A DNA stretch of 64,000 nucleotides from NCBI GenBank assembly GCA_032718475.1, contig JAUCBJ010001846.1, positions 537,588 through 601,587 of the forward strand, given 5' to 3'. A program made the translations under genes and the position numbers. The stretch comes from Nemertoderma westbladi. Its lineage: Eukaryota > Animalia > Xenacoelomorpha. The notes under the pieces are model-generated. The model did no database searches, was not told where the DNA came from, and saw only the letters and a program-made list of their open reading frames with translations. Below, one piece after another: positions 54,845 to 63,800 of the stretch (position 1 is its first letter; each line of letters opens with the position of its first letter).

Positions 54845-54879
54845 GCAGTAGGTCAGACGTTCGAGTCGTCTTCAGGGCA
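54807..54879 (+). tRNA. tRNA-Arg(CCT), 3' CCA not encoded
   Basis: GCCCTG/CAGGGC acceptor stem, ACTGC-CTCCTAA-GCAGT anticodon arm, GTTCGAGTC T-loop. Confidence 0.95.
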
Positions 54880-54980
54880 AAAACTTAATCCCTTGATTTA
54901 CATAGTAATTTATACTTTTTCATTCTTTACAACTTATCTTCTTTTACTCGGTATTTATTAATTCGTAAGGATTATGTAAG

Positions 54981-55487
54981 ATGATTACATCAAAGCAAGC
55001 AAAAAAAGCGCGCCTAACATTGGGCGTATCTCAAAATAAAATAGCCAAAGACACAGGGCTTAGTCGTCCGTATCTGTCGGATTTTGAATTAGGAAAATAC
55101 AACCCTAATGATGAGTTTAAAGAAACACTCAAGGCTTATTACACGAAAGAATGTATTGTTTTTGAGGATCAAGCAGCTAAACCAACAAAAGAAAATCAAT
55201 CCAACGAACAGCCAACAATGCCAAAACCTGATACTAAGTTAGCTAGGGGTATATTGGTTGATATTAACACCATATCTTTGAATGAAGCCAATGCTTACGC
55301 TGATGAAGTTGATTTTTTGATGGGTGATTTATTGGAATTACAAGAAAAAAAATTACCTACTAAAAAAGGGAATATCTTAGCGTTTTTTAATAATGTTATT
55401 GATAAAGATTTATTGGTGGAAAAGGTTGAAAAAACCATGTATGAAATGGCAAAGGCTTACCGTAAAATTTTAACCATACAAGGCTAA
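54981..55487 (+). CDS. XRE-family HTH protein (mobile-element type), possibly truncated by a nonsense codon
   Basis: AR..LGVSQ..IAK.TGLSR.YLS.FE.GK; same frame stays open for 42 more codons to TAA at 55616. Confidence 0.75.
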   Translation: MITSKQAKKARLTLGVSQNKIAKDTGLSRPYLSDFELGKYNPNDEFKETLKAYYTKECIVFEDQAAKPTKENQSNEQPTMPKPDTKLARGILVDINTISLNEANAYADEVDFLMGDLLELQEKKLPTKKGNILAFFNNVIDKDLLVEKVEKTMYEMAKAYRKILTIQG

Positions 55488-55640
55488 AATCCCTTATCAA
55501 CTGAGGGGGTTGATTTGTTAAAAGTTGATGATTTAAGTATTGATGATGCTAATCAATACTCAATTGGTGATTATGTTTCGCAGGTACTGTTTAACGATAA
55601 AACGCTGATTGAGTAAGAAGAGTAGTTATTAGATACAGTT

Positions 55641-55666
55641 AAACCCGTCGAATAAGGCGGGTTTTT
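55641..55666 (+). terminator. Intrinsic terminator
   Basis: AAACCCGTC-GAATAA-GGCGGGTTTTT hairpin with U-tract. Confidence 0.75.
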
Positions 55667-55759
55667 ATTGTAAAGCTGAGGCAAACAATTAAGACAAATC
55701 TTCTAAAGGCGTTTTCATTTAAACCAGGATAACTGATTTTTGGAAACTAAACTAGTTTC

Positions 55760-55812
55760 TTAATCCAAAAAGTGGATTTTTTGGATTAAATACAAACTGA
55801 ACAATCCAAAAA
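55760..55812. repeat. Perfect 12-bp inverted repeat plus a third half-site
   Basis: TTAATCCAAAAA (55760-55771), N6, TTTTTGGATTAA (55778-55789); AATCCAAAAA again at 55803. Confidence 0.7.
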
Positions 55813-55861
55813 TTCGTAAGGGTTAACAGATTAAAAATATTTTTTAAACTTTTACCCGTTT

Positions 55862-55949
55862 CAACATACACAACATACACTAAAACGGTTTATGCCATAT
55901 GTATCAACGTTTTAGGTAGTGTATATTGAAGTGTATGTCGTGTATGTTG
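55862..55949. repeat. Iteron-like repeats: two direct and three inverted copies of CAACATACAC
   Basis: CAACATACA-CAACATACAC at 55862-55880; GTGTATATTG at 55919, GTGTATGTCG at 55931, GTGTATGTTG at 55940. Confidence 0.7.
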
Positions 55950-56062
55950 TACACTTAAAAGTAAATAAAAAGATAAATTAAACTAAGCCAGCTAATTAGT
56001 CGATGGGTCTGTTGTTTATGTTGGATGAGATTGGATGGGATTGGATGGGATTGATTTATTCT

Positions 56063-56091
56063 TTGACATAGAATATTTTTTAAATTAGACT
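56063..56091 (+). promoter_or_regulatory. Sigma70 promoter for the leader RNA and NYN gene
   Basis: TTGACA (56063-56068), 17-nt spacer, TAGACT (56086-56091). Confidence 0.8.
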
Positions 56092-56097
56092 TAGGTT

Positions 56098-56165
56098 AAT
56101 TCACAGCCCAGAGCAGTAAGCCAAAACATTTTATTCAGATTTTGGCCAAACCTCTGGGCTTTTTT
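56098..56165 (+). ncRNA. Putative structured leader or small RNA upstream of the NYN nuclease
   Basis: Outer stem AGCCCAGAG/CTCTGGGCT, inner stem GCCAAAA/TTTTGGC, followed by a T-run; sits between promoter and RBS. Confidence 0.6.
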
Positions 56166-56183
56166 GTATATGGAGGTTGGGAT

Positions 56184-56855
56184 ATGTCAAAAAGAAACAC
56201 CGCAGTCTTAGTTGATGGTGATTTTTATCTTAGGGGCTACAAAAGGCATTTCGGTGCTTTAAATGAACCTGAAAAGGTTGCTAAAAGTTTAATAACACAC
56301 TGTTTGAAGCATATTAGAGATGAGGAAGATCGTTTGTATAGAGTCTTCTTTTATGACTGCTCACCTTTGGGTAAAAAATTAGAACATCCATTAACCAAGA
56401 AACCAATTGATCTTGGTAAAAGCAAGATTTGTGGTTTTAGAAATGCTTTCCATGAGCAGCTTCGCCGAACTCGAAATATGGCATTACGCCTAGGACAACT
56501 TGATGATCAAAATTCTCGTTGGAAGATCAAATATCCGAAAAAAGAAAGAGCTTTACTATCAGGCAAAATAACAATTAAAAATTTATCTGAATCAGATGTA
56601 GCCTACTATGCGCCTCAAAAGGGTGTTGATATGAAAGTGGGCTTAGATATTGCAACACTTTCCTATAAGAAAATTGTTGAAAAAATTGTGCTTATTTCAG
56701 GGGATAGCGATTTTGTTTCTGCATCAAAATTAGCCCGACGAGAGGGTATTGAGTTTGTGCTAGACCCCATGAATTGTCCAATTAAAATTGAATTGCAAGA
56801 GCATATTGATGCACTCAACACAACGCTACCTAACAAAAATATAACTAATCGGTAG
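56184..56855 (+). CDS. NYN (LabA/DUF88, PIN-like) domain ribonuclease
   Basis: VLVDGDF, FFYDC, QKGVDMKVGLD, LISGDSDF acidic active-site motifs; GGAGG RBS before ATG at 56184. Confidence 0.9.
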   Translation: MSKRNTAVLVDGDFYLRGYKRHFGALNEPEKVAKSLITHCLKHIRDEEDRLYRVFFYDCSPLGKKLEHPLTKKPIDLGKSKICGFRNAFHEQLRRTRNMALRLGQLDDQNSRWKIKYPKKERALLSGKITIKNLSESDVAYYAPQKGVDMKVGLDIATLSYKKIVEKIVLISGDSDFVSASKLARREGIEFVLDPMNCPIKIELQEHIDALNTTLPNKNITNR

Positions 56856-57015
56856 TCTAATATTTAAGTTGGCACTGGCTATTGTGTCACTCAAAATTAA
56901 CTTGCCTTAATCAAAACAACCGCCCCCTTACTATTCCTTGGCATATCCGTTATTTCAATACCAATGGTTTTAAGAGCAGGGGCGTTGGCTTTTATTTTGG
57001 CACTTAAACCCCTTG

Positions 57016-57062
57016 TGTAAGTTGCAGTTTGAAATGAAAACATTTTAAGTTTGAAATGAAAA
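57016..57062. mobile_element. Putative terminus of a Mu-like transposable phage
   Basis: TGT followed by AGTTTGAAATGAAAA twice (57026, 57048; 22-bp period), just downstream of a phage-type Dam gene. Confidence 0.5.
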
Positions 57063-57104
57063 ATAAATTCCAAAACAAACTTAAAAACTAAACCACCTTA
57101 AATT

Positions 57105-57239
57105 TCACAACACACACCCCTCACAAACCCCATCCTCCTGAACACTATTTTGATCACTTTGCTCAGTCTTTTTCTTAACCTTCTCCTCAACCTCATCCAA
57201 CCCCTCTAAATACATTTCATTCAATTTGTCATCCATCAT
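57105..57239 (-). CDS. Putative 44-aa acidic peptide ending in CxxC
   Basis: MMDDKLNEMYLEGLDEVEEKVKKKTEQSDQNSVQEDGVCEGCVL*, overlapping the methylase stop. Confidence 0.3.
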   Translation of the reverse strand: MMDDKLNEMYLEGLDEVEEKVKKKTEQSDQNSVQEDGVCEGCVL

Positions 57240-58038
57240 GCTCCCCTACATCAACATTACTAATCACCAACTCCATACTCTTCTTCCCTGTTTTTTGTCG
57301 ACTCACTGTATATTCTATTTGTGTGGTTTGAATATGAAAGTCTTTGAACAACTCACGCATTTTGGGATGATCGTTGAGTGTGATGATCATTTTGCCTTTG
57401 ATGTTTGATGCAAAATCAGCTAACTGTTGATACTGATCTAGGTTGAAATCAACGCCATAGCCTGCTAACTCAAAGTAGGGTGGGTCACAGAAGAACAGGG
57501 TATGTGGTCTGTCATATTTCTCAATGATCTTTTGCCAAGGCAAGTTCTCAATGAATACTCGAGAAAGCCGAAGATGCGCTTGAGAGAGCTCTTCTTCTAA
57601 TCTCAACAAATTTAGATGGGGTGGAAATGTGGTAGCCGTTCCAAAGGTTTGATTGGAAATGACTGCACCAAAACATAACTTCTGTAAATAGTAAAACCTT
57701 GCTGCTCGTTGGATGTCGGTGAGTGTGTCAGGTATTTTTTGTTTTTCCCACTCAAAGATTTGTCTGGAGCTTAATGCCCATTTAAACTGCCTGATGAATT
57801 CCTCTAAGTGGTTTTGAACAATACGATACAGGTTTACTAACTCTCCATTAATGTCATTGATCACCTCAACCTTGGAGGGCTCTTTTAAAAACAAAAGGGC
57901 TGCTCCTCCACAAAATGGTTCGGTGTAGCATGTGTGTTTGGGAAATAAGGGTAGTAGGTGTTTGGCCAGTCTTTGTTTACCCCCCATCCAAGGGAGGATG
58001 GGTTTGTGTTTAGATGGATAGGGTTGTTGTTTGTGCAT
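57229..58038 (-). CDS. D12-class DNA adenine methyltransferase (phage Dam-like)
   Basis: PWMGGKQRL, EPFCGG, EVINDIN, DPPY. Confidence 0.92.
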   Translation of the reverse strand: MHKQQPYPSKHKPILPWMGGKQRLAKHLLPLFPKHTCYTEPFCGGAALLFLKEPSKVEVINDINGELVNLYRIVQNHLEEFIRQFKWALSSRQIFEWEKQKIPDTLTDIQRAARFYYLQKLCFGAVISNQTFGTATTFPPHLNLLRLEEELSQAHLRLSRVFIENLPWQKIIEKYDRPHTLFFCDPPYFELAGYGVDFNLDQYQQLADFASNIKGKMIITLNDHPKMRELFKDFHIQTTQIEYTVSRQKTGKKSMELVISNVDVGEHDG

Positions 58039-58645
58039 TAAATTCTCTCTTATATAATGACCACATCCTTTTCCAGCTGGATTGGTGACGGGTCACCGGT
58101 TAAAATGATTGGTTATGAAAAATAGCCCCATATTGATCCGGCCACACCATAACCGGCCCCCATTTATCTAAAATAGGGCGCTCATTAATAGCAAGCCGCT
58201 GGGCAAGCCCATTGGGGCGTGATCAACAGCGCAACACTTTTCACTTTTTAATTGCTCATACACGCGCACCCCAGCCCCTAAATAACATGAAAAATCGTTG
58301 AATTCACCACCCATCCTAACCCTAAAAAACAACAACCCTGAAAAAATTTTTGACATTTAAAAATAAACTGTTAGCCTACCCGTGAACAAAAGTCTGGCTG
58401 TTTTCCATCAACATATAACCCATTGATCAGCAACAAATAATAAACTATTTATTTGGATTTATAGATTATGTGATGTATAAGATAGAAGAATGTATACTTA
58501 TGATGACTTTAAGCATTTATACTTATTTGATCAATATAATATTTAAATATTGATATATATCCCATGCAGTTTATAAAGACAGTAAAGGGTAAGGGGAAAT
58601 GAAAAAGACTAGCCCAACTAGTTAAACCCAGCGGAGGACTTAACA

Positions 58646-60895
58646 ATGTTACTTAGCGAAAAGCAGATATTACAGAACATTCAAACAAAAATTGATACTT
58701 TAGATAAAGCGTTGGATGAATCGCCGCAAGGCGATGACAACCGGTTAAGCAGTGCTCAAATAAAGCTCATCAATTCCCTTCAACAAGACCTTTTTTATAC
58801 TGTAGATCAGCACAGTGGCATTTTTTTAGATGAGATTGTAGAGAGCATTCAGGGTAATTTTGACCAAAATCAATTCAATAGTTGGAAGGATCGACTCAAC
58901 GAAAATAAAACACCTAACAATAAGTTAGCAGTTGCACAAGAAATGTTGGAAGAGATTACCCCATCTTTTGACGTGCCACAGCAGCAGGTAACGATGAGAC
59001 TTGCGACGGATACGGATAATCTGTCTAGTCAGACTTACATGGAAACACAATTGCGGAGAGGGCATTTTACTATCATTGTAAATCCAGTTGTTGATTTTTC
59101 TACTGTGGAACTACTTTCCACCATCGCCCATGAAATGCAACATGTCAACTTACGTCACCTCTGGAGCGTGGTGACGAACCCTGAGGAAACCTTTATTAGG
59201 TTAAGCGATAAAGAGAAATTGTTAGGCAATTTGAGAAGTATTCTCGTTAAACATTCGCAGGCAATTAAGCGGTATCTTCCTGTTAGAGCATTCTATCTAC
59301 AAAACATAGACGAATTACTGGCCCACAATTTAGAAACAGCAGTTGGGTTCCGTATTTTTAATAGTGCAGAAGCGATAGATTACCAGATCATCAAACAGCT
59401 AGGCAGTGCATTTGAGAACGACAACTTCAGCCCAGAACTACCCACTATCTTCCATCAAGCCAACTTTTTTAGGCTGATCGAAACCTTCCGGCGAATAGCT
59501 GCTCCACTGTCCGAACAAGACAAACAATATTTGTGTAACATACTGATGTTGCACACTGCTCCCGCAGATTTTCAATACCTACAGGCAATTGACATTAGAG
59601 AAGTTATTATAGATTTGGAACCACCCAAATACCTCGACCTGCCAATCACTGAGGATGTACTTAGATACTTTAAAGCGCTTGTTCGATCTATTGTGCCTTT
59701 TGAATTTGATGCATTTTGGCAGGAAAATTTTTTTATGCTTACTCTAGAACCTCCATTAACTTTTGAGGAACATTTTTCTCCCTGGAATAAAGAAAAACAA
59801 CAACACCTCATCCCCGCTATTATCAGTATATCACCTGAAACCAACCGTTACTTATATGTAAACGATGGGCAAACCAAACATCTGCTGGACACAGCCACCC
59901 AGCATTTAACCGATATCTTCACTAATTCTGATCAAACCCTTCAAAACTTTGTAGATGAATACCGAAAACTTGCCCCTTTTATCGAAGCGGTTCGACGTAA
60001 CCCGGGCATGAGCATCGCTGATAATCTCGACTCCCCAGAATTCAAAACCGCCCTATTTAACGTCATCGACTTCATAGAGAATGCCAATACCCAAAACCTG
60101 TTGACAGCCCACATTCAACTGCAAACCTTGATTGGTGCGATAGAAGCGTATAGCTCAGGGGAAAACAACGTCAATCTGGAGCAAAACAAGAAACTAGCGC
60201 AACTTAAACAAACCCTAAACACAATCGCGGAACCAGAAAATGATAGCTGGGTAAGGGATAACTACTATAAAATTGCACTCCTACAATTACAATTTAAAGA
60301 TTTGGTTGATGCTCTGAAAAAAAACCTGGCCACCCCAGTTACTCTTTTTGAACCGTTCGATCCCCTGGTTGAGGAGGTTCAAAGACTTATCAATCAAGTA
60401 GAACCCCCGTTTAACCTTGCTGAAATCTCCCTAGCTGAAATCTCCCTAGCTGAAATCCCCATAGAAGATGTCGCTAAACTCCGCCTATACCAACTTGCTA
60501 CAAAAATAACCACCTACAATCAGTGGGATAACCAGCTTGCTCTTATGCTGCCCCAACTGTTGGTGAAGGTGGAAAACTTCAACTACTCCATTAACATCCT
60601 CTTTCAAAAAGACGGTCAAATACAAGTTAACAGTCAAGGCGAACAAATTTATCACTCCATCCACAACCCTGACAGCAACGACCCCATTATTGAACTGGTG
60701 CTGATTAACCCGGATACAAACAATTCCCACTGGGGCGTAAGCATCGAGGGGGCAGTCGAAACCTTCCCCAATGATCCACGACACACTAGCTTTTACCGCG
60801 CTGTACTCACGGCGTTGGTGCATGAAGCACGCATCAGCGATGAAGACATCAGCGATGCAAGACATCAGCGAGCAAGACATCAGCGGATTCCGTGA
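58646..60895 (+). CDS. Giant effector/toxin-like protein, N-terminal part (HExxH motif, OTU-like segment); ends at a frameshift
   Basis: GGAGGA RBS; HEMQH at 59129-59143; stop is reached only after the frame change in the repeat at 60832-60885. Confidence 0.75.
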   Translation: MLLSEKQILQNIQTKIDTLDKALDESPQGDDNRLSSAQIKLINSLQQDLFYTVDQHSGIFLDEIVESIQGNFDQNQFNSWKDRLNENKTPNNKLAVAQEMLEEITPSFDVPQQQVTMRLATDTDNLSSQTYMETQLRRGHFTIIVNPVVDFSTVELLSTIAHEMQHVNLRHLWSVVTNPEETFIRLSDKEKLLGNLRSILVKHSQAIKRYLPVRAFYLQNIDELLAHNLETAVGFRIFNSAEAIDYQIIKQLGSAFENDNFSPELPTIFHQANFFRLIETFRRIAAPLSEQDKQYLCNILMLHTAPADFQYLQAIDIREVIIDLEPPKYLDLPITEDVLRYFKALVRSIVPFEFDAFWQENFFMLTLEPPLTFEEHFSPWNKEKQQHLIPAIISISPETNRYLYVNDGQTKHLLDTATQHLTDIFTNSDQTLQNFVDEYRKLAPFIEAVRRNPGMSIADNLDSPEFKTALFNVIDFIENANTQNLLTAHIQLQTLIGAIEAYSSGENNVNLEQNKKLAQLKQTLNTIAEPENDSWVRDNYYKIALLQLQFKDLVDALKKNLATPVTLFEPFDPLVEEVQRLINQVEPPFNLAEISLAEISLAEIPIEDVAKLRLYQLATKITTYNQWDNQLALMLPQLLVKVENFNYSINILFQKDGQIQVNSQGEQIYHSIHNPDSNDPIIELVLINPDTNNSHWGVSIEGAVETFPNDPRHTSFYRAVLTALVHEARISDEDISDARHQRARHQRIP
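60416..60460 (+). repeat. In-frame 15-bp tandem repeat, three copies (LAEIS/P)
   Basis: CTTGCTGAAATCTCC CTAGCTGAAATCTCC CTAGCTGAAATCCCC. Confidence 0.85.
60832..60885 (+). repeat. 15/16/15-bp tandem repeat carrying the frameshift
   Basis: CATCAGCGATGAAGA, CATCAGCGATGCAAGA, CATCAGCGAGCAAGA, CATCAGCG. Confidence 0.85.
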
Positions 60896-63800
60896 AAGCC
60901 TTTCAGACAACATCAAAGATAATCTGGAGGGGTTAGCTCCTTTTGCTGTTGAGAATTTTGATAGTTTAAAACAGGCGGATATACATCCAGATGATTTAGT
61001 ACAAATGATGGAAAACTTGGCCCTCCCCACCATACTCTCAAAAATACCCTCAGCCGTTCGCTTATTGACCCAATCGACGGCGAAATTATTAACGTATTCA
61101 CAAACTCGAACCATTGCACAATCATCAGTACTATCTGCCGAGTACCAACGAATAACAAATCTACTTCAAAAAAATATCCACATACTCTGGGAAAGCATCA
61201 ATCAAGGCCCTGGTCTTTCATCTATCATCAACAATCTCAATAACCCTGATTTTAATTCAACCCAAACCCTGTATCAACGGACTGTTGAACTACTGCAAGA
61301 AAACGCGATGCCAGATAGCACCTCCGCCCAAATTAGTACAGCCGTGCTTGAATTACTAAACGCCAACCCCGATCTTTTTAATTTCATCCCTGAAAATAAA
61401 AGACAAGCCACAATAGATGCGTTTAAAAAAGACCTGCTGGTCCCTTTAGCACTAGATTATCAACTCACCCAATATAACCACAATCTACTTGAAACCGTTC
61501 AAAACCTGTTTAATCAAACCAACTTTTTACAATTCGTCCAAGACGGACAAGCAGCGCTTAAATATCAGACATTTATAAACCCCCAACAATACCATAGCTA
61601 TATCGCCAAAATCATTGAAAAAATCGCTTTAGCTTTAAAGATTAACAAAATCCCGCGATTAAACATTGTGGGACAACCCATACAAAACGAGCTGGGTGAA
61701 TTTGGGGTAGCCAGTTACCATCATCAGAAGAATCAAATAGCCATTGATTTAACTAAAATAGAGGATATTTATGACATGGTTGGAAAAATCACCCATGAAC
61801 TGATCCATGCCCATCAATACCAACTCCTTGACCGATTTAATAGGGGTGAAATTTCTATCAACTCAGCGGACTACATCACGGTTTTACTACTGAAAGAAAG
61901 CCTTGAAAATCCCCAATTACCTTATGCAAGCAAATTATCTGAACGCTCAGCTCATACCATTGAACACCTAGCCGTTTTGCATCTGGAATCAAAATTAATG
62001 CCTGATCCAGATATTGATGCAAGTATCACAATCCGTTTAGACGCACTCAATGCTATATTTAATACCACTGAACTGCTAGAACTTCTTGCTCAGCCATCGC
62101 TGCCTTTATCAAGTAAAATATTCTTTCATTACCTAGAGACTCAGATCAACAAAACTGACACTGAAATTGAAGTTAGCGAATACCCTCAATTAAAACAAAC
62201 CATCAACACCCTCCCTAAAGACTGGAAGCACTACCTATTCGACCACAAGCCCGAACTGGCCAAAACCTTAGGCTTTGATGAGTCCGAACGATTTATCCGC
62301 GCCAATCAACGTGCCCTAGAACAAAGCTCGCTTGCTATCACCGAGCCTGTCTTGATCCTCACCGAAGCGGGCAAACAACATATCACGAATGCTCCCCTGA
62401 CAGATGGCATCAACTATATCAGTGTTGATATCAATCAGTATTTAAATAACATCAATCAAATCAATACAGAACAACTCAACCAATATTTGATCAGCCATAT
62501 ACCAAATGCCAACTTTGATGCAATTGTAAATACCTACCAACAATGGGTACGTATTCACAAGGAACAACGCGAAGATGAGCGTTACGGACTATCCTCATCA
62601 TTACCGTTAGGAAAAGACATGCACCTCTACCTGCAATATCAAAACAATCAACTCTCAGGCCTACTCATTAGCCTGAAACTAATAAACAATAACGTTAACT
62701 TAATCACATTGGTCAGTGACCCTAACAAACAACGACAAGGACTCGCCACACAACTGGTTCAACACGCTAGTGCAGATGTCTTCAACAACCAGCCTGAAAT
62801 TAACACCCTCTATGCCGATAAAATCATTCACACCGGGGCCACCCATGCCTTATTAAATAACTATTTTGAACCCTTTTATAATAATACCAATCAGGGGCGC
62901 CTCAATTACATGGGGGGCAATCCGCAACAGCGTACCTACCATGATCTGTACAATTATCTACCGCAAGCGCAAGGCGAAAATCTCCTGGTAAAAGTTGATG
63001 AACCACAAGGTGCCGAAGCCGGCTTAAGCCCCAATCAAGCCCTAATCAACCAGCTTCAAGACTTGGCTCAAAATGGCCCCAACCTCGCTATTCAGGCTGA
63101 AATTGAACAAGGGCTGGAAACACAACAATACAGCATGCTTGATATCATAGAGATCATTAATCAGCAACCACTCGGTACGCTTAACAAAAATCAAAGAGAA
63201 AATCTCAACGCATCGCTGCAAGCGCTGAAAGTAAGCCAAGTATCAGAGCTTGTCACCCAACAAATCGATCAAATCATTGAGGCGCCCCAACAAGCTCTCA
63301 TCAATAAGGCCACCCAACTGATCAAAGCCTTTGGCCAAACCATCAGCAACAACACAGAACAACAAGCCAATGAATTTACTCAAGCCATTGGCCAATACGA
63401 TTGGCATACCATTAATCAGGCCTTTGAGGCAACACAATCAACCCTCAATCAAGCAGAGTCCAGCAAAGTGCTTAAAGCCTTAGAAACCTTCAGCATGCCT
63501 GTTGCACAAAAAGTTAAACTTTTGAGAATACACAGCAATACTTATGGTTTAGGGGGCGCGCCTGGGGACATGGATTTGTCAAATTCGCCTTTTGTAGAGT
63601 ATTTAAGGCAGTTTGCAAATGGTAAAAATGAAGATTCATATTTAAATTGGGTGCCTGAATCTTATGATGTATCGGTAGCTGAAGAACAAATTATTGCCAA
63701 TTCTATTAACGATATTTTAGGTGATACTACTATTAATTTTAGCGATTTAAAAACACGCATGAACGAATCAGGTCATGCATTAAGTGATGAAAGGCTTCTA

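Noticed and set aside
18247-55487. Stop-codon reassignment as an explanation for in-frame stops
   Set aside because: TAA, TAG and TGA all terminate housekeeping genes normally, and most broken genes also contain frameshifts
55862-56050. Possible CRISPR array
   Set aside because: Repeats are only 9-10 bp, with no unique 25-45 nt spacers and no cas genes
56142-56183. TTG start for the NYN gene given by the ORF track
   Set aside because: It falls inside the leader hairpin; ATG 56184 has a GGAGG RBS and directly precedes the first NYN motif
60485-61114. 209-aa antisense ORF across the frameshift repeat
   Set aside because: It lies opposite a long coding region with biased codons and has no motif or RBS
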